A stretch of 64,000 nt of DNA, from the NCBI GenBank assembly GCA_030430155.1, contig JAUIFV010000003.1, forward strand, positions 7,166 to 71,165. The letters run 5' to 3'. Positions 35,573 through 46,500 of the stretch are shown here, one piece after another. A program made the position numbers and the translations under genes. This DNA comes from Gammaproteobacteria bacterium. Lineage in GTDB: Bacteria > Pseudomonadota > Gammaproteobacteria > Xanthomonadales > SZUA-5. Under the pieces are notes generated by a model. The model was not told the DNA's origin. It made no database searches and worked only from the letters and a program-made list of their open reading frames with translations. The first letter of the stretch is position 1, and every line of letters begins with the position of its first letter.

Positions 35573-38416
35573 ATGGACACCATCTCCATCCGCGGCGCGC
35601 GTACCCACAATTTGCAGAACGTGGATGTGGATCTGCCGCGCGACAAGCTGATCGTGATCACCGGGCCGTCGGGCTCGGGCAAGTCGTCCCTGGCTTTCGA
35701 CACGCTGTACGCCGAAGGGCAGCGCCGCTATGTGGAGTCGCTGTCGGCCTATGCGCGGCAGTTTTTGTCGATGATGCAAAAGCCCGATGTGGACCACATC
35801 GAGGGGCTGTCGCCGGCGATTTCCATTGAGCAGAAATCCACCTCGCACAATCCGCGCTCCACGGTGGGCACGATCACCGAAATCTACGACTACCTGCGCC
35901 TGCTTTACGCGCGCACCGGTACGCCGCGCTGTCCGGATCATAGTCACGAGCTGACCGCGCAGACGGTCAGTCAGATGGTCGATGCGGTGATCGCGCTGGA
36001 TCCGGGTGACCGCTACATGCTGCTGGCGCCGGTGGTGCGCGAGCGCAAGGGCGAGCACCAGCAGATCTTCGACCAGCTGCGCAGCCAGGGCTTTCTGCGC
36101 GCCCGCGTTGATGGCGTGGTGCATGAGCTGGACGCCGTGCCGGAGTTGGCGCTGCGCAAGAAGCACACCATTGAGGTGGTGATCGACCGTTTCCGCCCGC
36201 GGCCGGATCTGAAGCAGCGACTGGCGGAGTCCTTTGAAACCGCGCTGAAGATGGCCGACGGGTTGGCCAGCGTGGTGCACATGGACGACCCCGAACGCGC
36301 CCCGCTGCTGTTCTCGGCCAAATTCTCCTGCCCGGTCTGCGACTACAGCCTGTCCGAGCTGGAGCCGCGGCTGTTTTCCTTCAACTCACCGATGGGCGCC
36401 TGCTCGCGCTGCGACGGGCTGGGGGTGATCGAGTTTTTTGATCCGGAGCGGCTGATCCTCAATCCGGAGGCCTCGCTGGCCGGCGGCGCGCTGCGCGGCT
36501 GGGACCGGCGCAATCCCTATTATTTCCAGCTGATTCAATCCCTTGCCAGGCACTACGGCTTTGATCTGGATACGCCCTGGAACGAGCTGCAGCCGGACCA
36601 CCAGCACGCCCTGCTGTACGGCTCGGACGGCGAGAAGATCGAGTTCCGCTACGGCGCCGGCAACGTCAAGCGGATGATCCGCCAGCAGACCTTCGACGGG
36701 GTGCTGAAGATCCTCGAGCGCCGCTATCGCGAGGCGGAAAGCCCGACGGTGAAGGAGGAGCTGGCCCGCTACATCAGCGACAAGCCGTGTCCGGCCTGCG
36801 ACGGTGCCCGCCTCAACCGCGCCGCGCGCAACGTGCTGGTTGCCGACAAGCCGCTGTCGGAGATCTGCGAATGGCCGGTGGCCGAGTCGCTGGCCTTTTT
36901 TGCCGAGATGGAACTGCCGGGCTGGCGCGGCGAGATCGCCAAGAAGATCGTCAAGGAGATCAGCGACCGGCTGACCTTCCTGGTCGACGTCGGCCTGGAC
37001 TATCTGACGCTGCACCGCACCGCGCAGACCCTGTCCGGCGGCGAGGCGCAGCGGATACGCCTGGCCAGCCAGATCGGTGCCGGTCTGGTCGGGGTGATGT
37101 ATGTGCTCGATGAGCCATCGATTGGCCTGCATCAGCGCGACAACGAGCGCCTGCTCGGCACCTTGAAGCGCCTGCGCGATCTGGGCAACACGGTGATCGT
37201 GGTGGAGCACGACGAGGACGCGATCCGCATGGCCGACCACATCGTCGATATCGGCCCGGCGGCCGGCGTGCACGGCGGCCGGATCATCGCCCAGGGCCAG
37301 CTCGAGGACGTCTACGCCAGCAGCGAATCGCTGACCGGGCAATACCTTTCCGGCGCCAAGCAGATCGAGATTCCCGAGCGCAACCCGCCGGACCCGGAGC
37401 GGATCCTCAAGCTCAACGGCTGCAGCGGCCACAATCTGCAGCAGGTGAATCTGGAGATTCCGGCCGGGCTGTTCGTCTGCGTCACCGGCGTATCCGGCTC
37501 GGGCAAGTCGACGCTGATCAACGACACCCTGTACCGGCTGGCCGCGCGCGAACTCAATCGGGCCAGCGCCCGCCCGGCGCCGCACAAGGATTTTTCCGGC
37601 CTGGATCTGTTCGACAAGGTGGTCGACATCGACCAGAGCCCCATCGGCCGCACCCCGCGCTCCAATCCGGCCACCTACACCGGGCTGTTCACGCCGATCC
37701 GCGATCTGTATTCGCAGGTGCCTGAATCACGCGCCCGCGGCTACAAGCCGGGCCGCTTCAGCTTCAACGTGCGCGGCGGTCGCTGCGAGGCCTGTCAGGG
37801 CGATGGCGTGATCAAGGTGGAGATGCACTTCCTGCCCGACGTCTATGTTTCCTGCGACGTCTGCCAGGGTCAGCGCTACAACCGTGAAACCCTGGAGGTG
37901 CAGTACAAGGGCAAGAATATCGCCGAGGTGCTGGCGCTGACCGTCGAAGACGCGATGGAGATGTTCAGCGCGGTGCCGCCGATTGCCCGGCGACTGGAAA
38001 CCCTGCGCGATGTGGGCCTGGGCTACATCACCCTGGGCCAGGCGGCGACGACGCTGTCGGGCGGCGAGGCGCAGCGGGTCAAGCTGGCCACCGAGCTGGC
38101 CAAACGCGATACCGGCCGCACCCTGTACATCCTCGACGAGCCCACCACCGGCCTGCATTTTCATGATATCCATCAGCTGCTGGGGGTGCTGCATGCGCTG
38201 CGCGACAGGGGCAACACGGTGGTGGTGATTGAGCACAATCTGGACGTGATCAAGACCGCCGACTGGGTCATCGATCTGGGCCCCGAAGGCGGCAGCGGCG
38301 GTGGCGAGATCATCGCCACCGGTACTCCGGAAGCGCTGACCGAGCAGCCGCGCTCGCACACCGGGCGCTTTCTGGCCCGCATTCTGGGCAACCAGCGCAG
38401 CCAGGAGGCGGCTTGA
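35573..38416 (+). CDS. uvrA: excinuclease ABC subunit A
   Basis: ORF 35549..38416 trimmed to the ATG at 35573 ([17 protein letters not shown]). Two ABC modules are present: [12 protein letters not shown] and [12 protein letters not shown] Walker A; [12 protein letters not shown] and [12 protein letters not shown] signatures. Zinc-finger cysteines: CPVC..CSRC, CPAC, CEAC..CDVC. Confidence 0.97.
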   Translation: MDTISIRGARTHNLQNVDVDLPRDKLIVITGPSGSGKSSLAFDTLYAEGQRRYVESLSAYARQFLSMMQKPDVDHIEGLSPAISIEQKSTSHNPRSTVGTITEIYDYLRLLYARTGTPRCPDHSHELTAQTVSQMVDAVIALDPGDRYMLLAPVVRERKGEHQQIFDQLRSQGFLRARVDGVVHELDAVPELALRKKHTIEVVIDRFRPRPDLKQRLAESFETALKMADGLASVVHMDDPERAPLLFSAKFSCPVCDYSLSELEPRLFSFNSPMGACSRCDGLGVIEFFDPERLILNPEASLAGGALRGWDRRNPYYFQLIQSLARHYGFDLDTPWNELQPDHQHALLYGSDGEKIEFRYGAGNVKRMIRQQTFDGVLKILERRYREAESPTVKEELARYISDKPCPACDGARLNRAARNVLVADKPLSEICEWPVAESLAFFAEMELPGWRGEIAKKIVKEISDRLTFLVDVGLDYLTLHRTAQTLSGGEAQRIRLASQIGAGLVGVMYVLDEPSIGLHQRDNERLLGTLKRLRDLGNTVIVVEHDEDAIRMADHIVDIGPAAGVHGGRIIAQGQLEDVYASSESLTGQYLSGAKQIEIPERNPPDPERILKLNGCSGHNLQQVNLEIPAGLFVCVTGVSGSGKSTLINDTLYRLAARELNRASARPAPHKDFSGLDLFDKVVDIDQSPIGRTPRSNPATYTGLFTPIRDLYSQVPESRARGYKPGRFSFNVRGGRCEACQGDGVIKVEMHFLPDVYVSCDVCQGQRYNRETLEVQYKGKNIAEVLALTVEDAMEMFSAVPPIARRLETLRDVGLGYITLGQAATTLSGGEAQRVKLATELAKRDTGRTLYILDEPTTGLHFHDIHQLLGVLHALRDRGNTVVVIEHNLDVIKTADWVIDLGPEGGSGGGEIIATGTPEALTEQPRSHTGRFLARILGNQRSQEAA

Positions 38417-38823
38417 TGAGCATCGACGGCAAGCTGCTGATAGCGCACGAGCTGTCGGTGCGCTGGCGCGATCTGGATGCCTACAACCACGTCAACAATG
38501 CCAGCTATCTGACCTTCCTGGAGGAAGCGCGGATCCGCTGGTTCGACTCGCTGCCGCAGCCCTGGCGCGGGCCCGAATGGGAACCGCTGGTGGCGCGCAT
38601 CGAGTGCTCCTTTAGAGCCGCGCTGAATCACCCGGCGCGGATTCGGGTGTCGCTGGCCGCCGCCCGGGTCGGCAACACCTCGCTGGTGGTCGGGCACCAG
38701 ATCGAGGATCTGAGCGACGGCCGCCTGTGCGCCGACGGCGTGACCGTTCTGGTCTGGGTGGATCCGCGCACCCAGCGGCCGCGACCGCTGCCGGATTTTG
38801 TGCGTGAGGCGGCAGGCGGATGA
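38416..38823 (+). CDS. YbgC/4HBT-family acyl-CoA thioesterase (hotdog fold)
   Basis: RWRDLDAYNHVNNASYLTFLEEARIRWF matches the 4HBT catalytic region. The ATG at 38416 overlaps the uvrA TGA by 1 nt (an in-frame TTG at 38413 is also possible). Confidence 0.8.
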   Translation: MSIDGKLLIAHELSVRWRDLDAYNHVNNASYLTFLEEARIRWFDSLPQPWRGPEWEPLVARIECSFRAALNHPARIRVSLAAARVGNTSLVVGHQIEDLSDGRLCADGVTVLVWVDPRTQRPRPLPDFVREAAGG

Positions 38824-39884
38824 GCCGCTTTGATCGCGCCGACGACGGGTTGATCGGTCAATCGCCCTGCTTTCTGGAGGTGCTGGATCAGGTTTCGCAG
38901 CTGGCGCGGCTGGACCGGCCGGCGCTGGTCATCGGCGAGCGCGGCACCGGCAAGGAGCAGATTGCCGCCCGGCTGCACTTTCTATCGCCGCGCTGGGATC
39001 GGCCGCTGATCAAGCTCAACTGTGCCGCGCTGGCGGAGAGTCTGCTGGAAACCGAGTTGTTCGGCCACGAAGCCGGCGCCTTCACCGGCGCCAGTCGCCG
39101 CCACAGCGGCCGCTTCGAGCTGGCCAACGAGGGCAGTCTGTTTCTGGACGAGGTGTCGTCCAGTTCGCAGCGGGTGCAGGAGAAGATCCTGCGGGTGATC
39201 GAATACGGCGAGTTCGAACGGGTCGGCGGCCGCGAGACCATCAAAACCGACGTGCGCATCGTCGCCGCAGCCAACCTGGATCTGCCCACCCTGGCTGCGC
39301 AGGGGCAGTTTCGACTGGATCTGCTCGATCGTTTGGCCTTCGACGTGATCACGCTGCCGCCGCTGCGCGCGCGGCAGGCCGACATCCTGCTGCTGGCCGA
39401 GCACTTCGCCACCCGGATGACCGCCGAACTGGGTCGCGAGTTCTTCGCCGGCTTCAGCAAGCAGGCGCGCGAGCAGATGCTTGATTACCCCTGGCCCGGC
39501 AACATTCGCGAGCTCAAGAACGTGGTCGAGCGTGCCGTGTACAGACTCGATGATCCGCAGGAGGAACTGGACACGCTGCAGTTCGACCCTTTCCAGTCAC
39601 CCTATCGATTGAGCGAGGCGCCGCCGGCCGCGACTCCGCCCAGCGCCGCGGCGCCTAAGCCGCAAAGCCAACCCGCCAGCGTCAAAGCGGCCGCTGCCGA
39701 AGCGGACGACGAAACGGATCTGTCGCTGCCCGAGCGCGTTCAGAAGATGGAAATCGAGGCCATCGAGTCGGCCCTGGCCGAAGCCCGCTACAACCAACGC
39801 AAGACCGCCGAGTTGCTCGGGTTGAGCTATCACCAACTGCGTGGCTATCTGCGCAAGTACAAGCTGACCGGAAAGCCGGACTAG
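38820..39884 (+). CDS. sigma-54-dependent transcriptional activator, PspF-like (AAA+ plus Fis-type HTH, no sensory N-domain)
   Basis: GERGTGKE Walker A, GAFTGA sigma-54 contact loop, LFLDEV Walker B, C-terminal HTH QRKTAELLGLSYHQLRGYLRKY. The AAA+ domain starts about 10 residues from the N-terminus, as in PspF. ATGA overlap with the thioesterase stop. Confidence 0.85.
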   Translation: MSRFDRADDGLIGQSPCFLEVLDQVSQLARLDRPALVIGERGTGKEQIAARLHFLSPRWDRPLIKLNCAALAESLLETELFGHEAGAFTGASRRHSGRFELANEGSLFLDEVSSSSQRVQEKILRVIEYGEFERVGGRETIKTDVRIVAAANLDLPTLAAQGQFRLDLLDRLAFDVITLPPLRARQADILLLAEHFATRMTAELGREFFAGFSKQAREQMLDYPWPGNIRELKNVVERAVYRLDDPQEELDTLQFDPFQSPYRLSEAPPAATPPSAAAPKPQSQPASVKAAAAEADDETDLSLPERVQKMEIEAIESALAEARYNQRKTAELLGLSYHQLRGYLRKYKLTGKPD

Positions 39885-40042
39885 CGACCTTCGCCTTCGA
39901 GGCCCTTGGGCGTCCCGCGGTCCTGGGCGCGCCCAGTCTCTGGCTCTTCTGGCTACTGGAACTGGCTACTGGAACTGGTCTTGAGGACCGCGGATGCCTC
40001 GCCCGCATCGCTATTAGTCCAAAGCGCCAAGATAGACGCAGG

Positions 40043-41131
40043 CTACCCGTCCGACGACCGCGTCGCCGCGCCGGCGACAACCTTGGCCTCCAGGTCACGA
40101 CCCAGCAGGGTCCCGGCCCGCACCGCGCGCAGCGCCCAGAGGTGATAGGCCACGCCCATCACGGTGAAGGTCAGCGCCATGCTCCACTGCGGCCATAGAT
40201 ACAGCGTGCCCAGCACCGCAACCGCGGCGCAGATCAGGGCAATGCTGCCCAGCATCAGCAGCGTGTGCAGCGGGCTGAAGCCGGCGCGCAGCAGCAGGTG
40301 GTGGACGTGGTTGTGGTCCGGACTGAACGGCGAGGTGCCGTCCTGAATGCGCCGCAGCATGACCGAAACGGTATCGATCAGCGGTATCGCGAACAGCCAC
40401 AGGGCAGCCACCGGAGCAAAGGCGCGCAGCGAGCCCTGCGACAGGTCGACGAATAGAAAGCCCAGTACGGTACCCAGCGCGAGGCTGCCGCCGTTGCCCA
40501 GAAACACCGGCGCACCACCGCGACGCGGCCAGTTGAAGGCCAGGAAACCCACCAGCGCGCCGGCGACGATGGAGATCGCCAGCGAGGACGCCGAATGGCC
40601 GGCCAAGGCGGCCAGAAAGGCGGTCGCCACCAGGCTGACCAAAGCAATGGTCCCGGACAATCCGTCGAGCCCGTCAATCATGTTGAAGGCGTTGATCACG
40701 CCAACCACGCAGAACACCGTCACCGGTACTGCCAGCCAGCCCAGTTCAACCGCGCCTAGTCCGAACAGATTGCCGAAGCTGTCCAACCGGTGGCCGGCGG
40801 CGTAGATCAGCAGCAGCGCGACGCCGATCTGACAGGCGAAGCGCAGGCTGGCGCTGCGCGGCGAGAGATCATCGATGACGCCGAGTATCAGCATCGCCAG
40901 CACGGCGACCGCCCACGGCCACCCGGCCACGGAAACCACGCCAGCCAGGCTGGCGACCACGCCAACGGCAAGAAACACGCCGACGCCGCCGACCAGCGGC
41001 ACCAGGCGTTGATGGGTCTTGTGTCCCTTGGGATGGTCGACCAGACCCACCCGGCGCGCCAGCGGCGCCAGCAACGGGATGGCCAAAGCGCAAAGCAACG
41101 TCGCGCAGCCCATCCACAGGAATTTTGGCAT
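40043..41131 (-). CDS. glycosyltransferase family 4, WecA/WbpL-like undecaprenyl-phosphate HexNAc-1-phosphate transferase
   Basis: ORF 40043..41254 trimmed to the ATG at 41131 (MPKFLWMGCATLL). Polytopic, with GVIDDL, NAFNMIDGLDGL and the cytoplasmic HLHH-like HVHHLLL motif. Confidence 0.8.
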   Translation of the reverse strand: MPKFLWMGCATLLCALAIPLLAPLARRVGLVDHPKGHKTHQRLVPLVGGVGVFLAVGVVASLAGVVSVAGWPWAVAVLAMLILGVIDDLSPRSASLRFACQIGVALLLIYAAGHRLDSFGNLFGLGAVELGWLAVPVTVFCVVGVINAFNMIDGLDGLSGTIALVSLVATAFLAALAGHSASSLAISIVAGALVGFLAFNWPRRGGAPVFLGNGGSLALGTVLGFLFVDLSQGSLRAFAPVAALWLFAIPLIDTVSVMLRRIQDGTSPFSPDHNHVHHLLLRAGFSPLHTLLMLGSIALICAAVAVLGTLYLWPQWSMALTFTVMGVAYHLWALRAVRAGTLLGRDLEAKVVAGAATRSSDG

Positions 41132-41338
41132 CCACTCAATCACCAACACGCGTCCCCTGACTTGGCGCTGTGAGCCGTGCCGCAATGCAGCAAAGGACAA
41201 AGTACCAGCAATTGCGCATTGCCGCACCCGGACGCGGCGAAGTTTTACGCGCATTGCGGGGTTGACCAGAGCGCCGCGAATAGCGTCCGATCACAGATCG
41301 GACCCACAACAGCGGATGGGAAGATCTGAGCAGACTTG

Positions 41339-42445
41339 TTAGCCCGCCAGCACCTCGACGATGCGCGGCGCAGCCTGACCGTCCCACAACGGCGGCACCT
41401 TGGTCTGGCCGCCGCCCTTATGTAGGGCACGCTGGAATTCGGTCGCCACCAGTTCCGGGTCGCGACCCACCAGGACGTTGGTGCCTTGGCTGCAGGTGAT
41501 CGGCCGTTCGGTGTTGTCGCGCAGGGTCAAGCAGGGCACGCCGAGCACGGTGGTCTCCTCCTGCAGGCCGCCACTGTCGGTGAGCACCAGCCGCGCGTTC
41601 ATGGTCAGACAGAGGAAATCCAGGTAGCCCTGCGGTTCGGTCACATACAGACCGGACACCGGACCATCGCCGGTCAGCAGATCGCCTAGCCCGAAGCCAT
41701 CGATGCGCGCGCGGGTGCGCGGATGGATGGGGAACACGATGGGCAGGTCCGCCGCCAGCACATGCAGCTTGCGCAGCAGCGGCTCGAGCACGGCCGGGTC
41801 ATCGACGGTCGCCGGCCGATGCAGGGTGAGCACCGCATACTCGCCGGCGGCGATCCCCAGATCGGCTAGTACCCGGCGCTGCGAGGCCAGCTGACGATGC
41901 TTGAGCAAGGTGTCGATCATCACGTTGCCGACCAGCTTGATGCGCTCCTCGGCGACCCCTTCGGCGCGCAGATTTTCGTCGGCCAGAGCGTCGGTGGTGA
42001 ACAGCAGATCGCAGATCGCGTCGGTGCACAATCGATTGAGCTCTTCGGGCATGCTCATGTCGCGGGAGCGCAGGCCGGCCTCAACGTGGGCAACCGGGAT
42101 GTCCATCTTGGTCGCCACCAGGGTCGCGGCCAGGGTGGAGTTGACGTCGCCCACGACCAACACGCGATCTGGCCTGTGGTGCAGGCAGACCTCTTCGAAG
42201 GCCATCATCACCTTGGCGGTTTGCTGGGCATGACTGCCCGAACCCACGCCCAAATCCATATCCGGCCGCGGCAGACCCAGTTCCTCGAAGAAGGTCTTGC
42301 TCATCCGCTCGTCATAGTGCTGACCGGTATGCACCAGCAGCGGTGCGAACTGCGCCGGCCGCGCCGCCATCGCCTCCAGTATCGGCGCCATCTTCATGAA
42401 GTTGGGGCGGGCGCCGACGACGCAGATGATCTTCTGAGCGGACAT
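41339..42445 (-). CDS. wecB: UDP-N-acetylglucosamine 2-epimerase (non-hydrolysing)
   Basis: 368-aa ORF with KIICVVGARPNFMKMAPI, HTGQHYD, HVEAGLRS and DSGGLQEE motifs. Confidence 0.92.
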   Translation of the reverse strand: MSAQKIICVVGARPNFMKMAPILEAMAARPAQFAPLLVHTGQHYDERMSKTFFEELGLPRPDMDLGVGSGSHAQQTAKVMMAFEEVCLHHRPDRVLVVGDVNSTLAATLVATKMDIPVAHVEAGLRSRDMSMPEELNRLCTDAICDLLFTTDALADENLRAEGVAEERIKLVGNVMIDTLLKHRQLASQRRVLADLGIAAGEYAVLTLHRPATVDDPAVLEPLLRKLHVLAADLPIVFPIHPRTRARIDGFGLGDLLTGDGPVSGLYVTEPQGYLDFLCLTMNARLVLTDSGGLQEETTVLGVPCLTLRDNTERPITCSQGTNVLVGRDPELVATEFQRALHKGGGQTKVPPLWDGQAAPRIVEVLAG

Positions 42446-42708
42446 GCAGAGCGGTTCCTAGGCTGGATTTTTCATGAACGTTCGTAGCGAGGGTTTCGCA
42501 GGTGTGCTGTGGTGCGGATCGCGGACTGGAGATCGACGAAAGCGTACTCGACAGTACGTCGAGTCGATCGTAGGGAGCAAGCCGCGCCACAGTGCGCCTG
42601 CGGAAGCCGCAGTAGAAGGTTCATGAACAATCCAGCCTATGTGAGCGGGCGCAAAACGGTCGGCATGATAACCGGGAAGCCCGCGGCCTGGTTCATGAAT
42701 AGTTCGGG

Positions 42709-43431
42709 CTACACGTCGCGCACGTCCACAACCGCGCCCGACTCCAATCCCCGCTCCGCCAGCGCCAGTACCTTCTGCGCCGCCTGATCTGCGCTCTGCA
42801 GCTGGCCGGCTGCATGCAGCTGGCGGAATTTGTCGACCTGCTGGAAATGCGCGGTGTCCTGGGCGCGAATGGTGGCCTGCATATTGGTTTCGATGACCCC
42901 GGGGCGGATGGCGATGATCCTGGTGGGCGGAGTGGTGTTGGCGTGTTCGAGGGCGACGCAGCGGGTGAAGGCTTCCAGGCCGGCCTTGCTGGCGCAGTAC
43001 AGCGACCAGCCGTGATAGGGGTTGGAGGCGGCGCCGGAGGAGATGTTGATGACGCAGCGCGGGGCGTTTTGATGGGCGAAGTGGCGCAGGAACAGGCCGG
43101 TGGCGGCGATGCTGGCGCCTAGGTTGATGTGCAAATGAGTGAAAGACGCGGCGGGGTCGGTCTGCGCGATCGGACCGATAGGCTCCAGCGTGCCGGCGTT
43201 GTTGATCAGGCGCAGTTCGGACCAGGATTGCGCAGCCAGCTCGGCGAAACTGTGTGCCAGCACCTGCGCGCTGACGGCCGGGTCGGCAAAATCGCAGGCT
43301 ATGTGATCGGCGCCGCTGCCGCTGCGCGAGTACTCGCGGACCTGCCAGCCCTGCTCGCGCTGCAGTCGCAGCAAGGCCGCGCCCAGGCCAGTCGATCCGC
43401 CGGTAATCAATGCCAGCTTGCTCATGGTCAC
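42709..43431 (-). CDS. short-chain dehydrogenase/reductase (SDR) family oxidoreductase
   Basis: LALITGGSTGLGAAL (TGxxxGxG), NNAG, and catalytic YxxxK in SLYCASKAG. Confidence 0.85.
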   Translation of the reverse strand: MTMSKLALITGGSTGLGAALLRLQREQGWQVREYSRSGSGADHIACDFADPAVSAQVLAHSFAELAAQSWSELRLINNAGTLEPIGPIAQTDPAASFTHLHINLGASIAATGLFLRHFAHQNAPRCVINISSGAASNPYHGWSLYCASKAGLEAFTRCVALEHANTTPPTRIIAIRPGVIETNMQATIRAQDTAHFQQVDKFRQLHAAGQLQSADQAAQKVLALAERGLESGAVVDVRDV

Positions 43432-43527
43432 TCCTTTGCTACATGTATGCGCGGGTCATCGACACTGCTGACGGACTCCTGTCAGCAATGGGCGGCCGCA
43501 ACGGCCGCACAGGCGCATAATGATGCG

Positions 43528-46500
43528 ATGGCGCTGCAGCGATTTCATCCGGCCCAGTTCCATCCGGCCGTAGCCGACTGGTTCCAAAGCCGCTTCGACG
43601 CACCAACCCCGGCGCAAAGCGCGGCGTGGGATGCGATCGCGCGGGGACGGCACACCCTGGTGGCGGCGCCGACCGGCTCGGGCAAGACCCTGGCCGCCTT
43701 TCTGCACGCCATTGATGCGCTGGTGCGTGACGCGGCGGCGGGGCGACTCAGCGAGCAGACCCAGGTCCTCTATGTCTCGCCGCTGAAGGCGCTGTCCAAC
43801 GACATCAACCTCAATTTGATCGCGCCGCTGGAGGGCGTGGTCGAGCGGCTCAAAGAAAGCGGTCTGGGCGAGGTGGCGCTGCGCTCGGCGGTGCGCACCG
43901 GAGATACGCCGCAGTCTGAACGCGCGGCGATGCGCAAGCGACCGCCGCACATCCTGGTCACCACCCCCGAGTCGCTGTACATCCTGCTCGGTTCGGCCTC
44001 CGGCCGGCAGATGTTGGCCAGCGTGCGCAGCGTGATCGTCGACGAGATCCACGCCCTGGTCAGCAACAAGCGCGGCGCCCACCTGGCGCTGTCATTGGCC
44101 CGGCTGGAAGCGCTGTGCCAGCGGCAATTGCTGCGCATCGGGCTGTCGGCAACGCAGAGTCCGATCGTCGAGGTGGCGCGTTTTCTGGTCGGCAGCGCTG
44201 CGGTCGCCGAGGACGGTACGCCGGACGCGGAGATCGTCGACAGTGGCCACATTCGGGATCGCGATCTGGCCCTGGGTCTGGGCCAGATTCCGCTGGCGCC
44301 GGTGCTTTCCAGCGCGGCCTGGGACGAGATCTACGATCAGCTGGCCGACTACGCGGGCAGCCATCGCACCACGCTGGTCTTCGTCAATACCCGGCGCCTG
44401 GTGGAGCGGGTCAGCCGGCAGCTCAGTGAGCGGCTGGGTCGCGAGGCGGTAGCGGCGCATCACGGCAGCATGGCCAAGGAGCTGCGCCTGAGCGCCGAAC
44501 AGCGCCTCAAGGCGGGTGAGCTGCGGGTGCTGGTGGCGACCGCCTCGCTGGAGCTGGGCATCGACATCGGCGAGGTGGATCTGGTTTGCCAGATCGGGTC
44601 GCCGCGAGCCATATCGGCCTTCCTGCAGCGGGTCGGGCGTTCCGGCCACGCCGTTGGCGCCACCCCCAAGGGACGGCTGTTTCCGACCTCGCGCGACGAC
44701 CTGGTCGAATGCGCCGCGCTGCTCGACTGCGTGCGCCGCGGTGAGCTGGATCAGCTGCAGCTGATCGACGCCGCGCAGGACGTGCTGGCGCAGCAGATCG
44801 TCGCCGAAGTGGCGGCGGCCGAATGCAGCGAAGAACACCTGTATGCCGTTATTCGCAGCGCATGGCCCTATCGCGAATACACCCGCGAGCAGTTCGAGGC
44901 GGTGCTGAAGATGATCAGCGGCGGCTACACCCCGCGCCGTGGGCCGCGCGCGGCCTATCTGCATCGCGATGCGGTCAACGGCGAGCTGCGTGCCCGCCGC
45001 GGGGCGCGGCTGACCGCGATCAGCTCCGGCGGTGCGATTCCCGACAACGCCGACTACCAGGTCGTGCTGGAGCCGGATTCGCTGATCGTCGGCAGCGTGC
45101 ACGAGGATTTCGCCGTCGAATCGATGAGCGGCGACGTCTTCCAGCTGGGCAATACCAGCTACCGGGTGCTGCGGGTGGAACAGGGCAAGCTGCGAGTCGA
45201 GAGCGCCGCCGGGTTGCCGCCCAGCGTGCCGTTCTGGCTGGGCGAGGCGCCGGGGCGCAGCGATGCGTTGTCGCAGGCGGTGTCGCGGCTGCGCACAAAC
45301 GCCCAGGCACAGTTGGAAAGCGGCCAAATCAATGCGCTGCACCTCTGGCTGAGCGAGGAACTGCAGCTGGATGAGGCGGCCGTCAGCCAGCTGGCCGAGT
45401 ATCTGGCCGCCACCCATCAAGCGCTGGGCTTGCTGCCGACCCGGCAGGCGCTGGTGATGGAACGCTTCTTCGATGAAAGCGGCGGCACCCAGCTGGTGAT
45501 CCACTCGCCCTACGGCAGTCGGCTGAATCGGGCCTGGGGTCTGGCCCTGCGCAAGCGCTTCTGCCGCCGCTTCAACTTCGAGCTGCAGGCGGCGGCGAGC
45601 GAAGACGCCATTGTTATTTCGCTATCGACCAGCCACAGCTTCCCGCTGGCCGATGTGGGCCACTATCTGCATTCCTCAAGCGTGGAGCCGGTGCTGACCC
45701 AGGCCCTGCTGGATGCGCCGATGTTCGAAGTGCGCTGGCGCTGGAATGCGACCACCGCGCTGGCCCTGCCGCGCATGGTCGGCGGCAAGAAGGTGGCTCC
45801 GCCGCTGCAGCGGATGCGCGCCGAAGACCTGGTCGCAGCGGTCTTTCCCGATCAGATCGCCTGCGCGGAGAATCTGGCCGGTGAGCGCGAGATTCCCGAT
45901 CACCCGCTGGTCACGCAGACCCTGCACGACTGCCTGCACGAGGCGATGGACGTCAGCGGGCTGATCGATTTGTTGGTGCAACTGGAGTCCGGCCAGGCGC
46001 GCATCGAGTGTCGCGAGCTGACCTCGCCCTCGCCGCTGGCCGCGGAAATCCTCTCCGCCCGCCCCTACACCTTCCTCGATGATGCCCCGTTGGAGGAGCG
46101 CCGCACCCAGGCGGTGCAGTCGCGGCGCTGGCGCGGCGGCGAGGTCGAAGGCGAGGACTACGGCGCCCTGGATGCTGCAGCGATCGACGGCGTGCGCGAG
46201 GAGGCCTGGCCGATCGCTCGCGACGCCGACGAGATGCACGATGCGCTGTTCAATCTGGGTTGGCTGAGCGCTGAGGATCTGGCCGAGCGGCCGGACTGGT
46301 CGGCGCTGCTGCTGGCCCTGGCCGAGCGCGGTCGGGCGACGCAGCTGAGCGCCGGCCACGCCGCGCCAATCTGGGTCACCGCCGAGCGACTGCTGCAGTT
46401 TGCACAGGTCTTTGTCGATCCCGAACTGCAGCCGGCGATCAGCGCCCCGGCCGCGGCCGAAGCACCTGGAGCCGATCGCGCCGCAGCGTTGGTGGAAATC

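Noticed and set aside
44092-45504. 470-aa minus-strand ORF, plus the other antisense ORFs 45676..46569 and 46585..47328
   Set aside because: Antisense to lhr, whose helicase motifs fix the coding frame.
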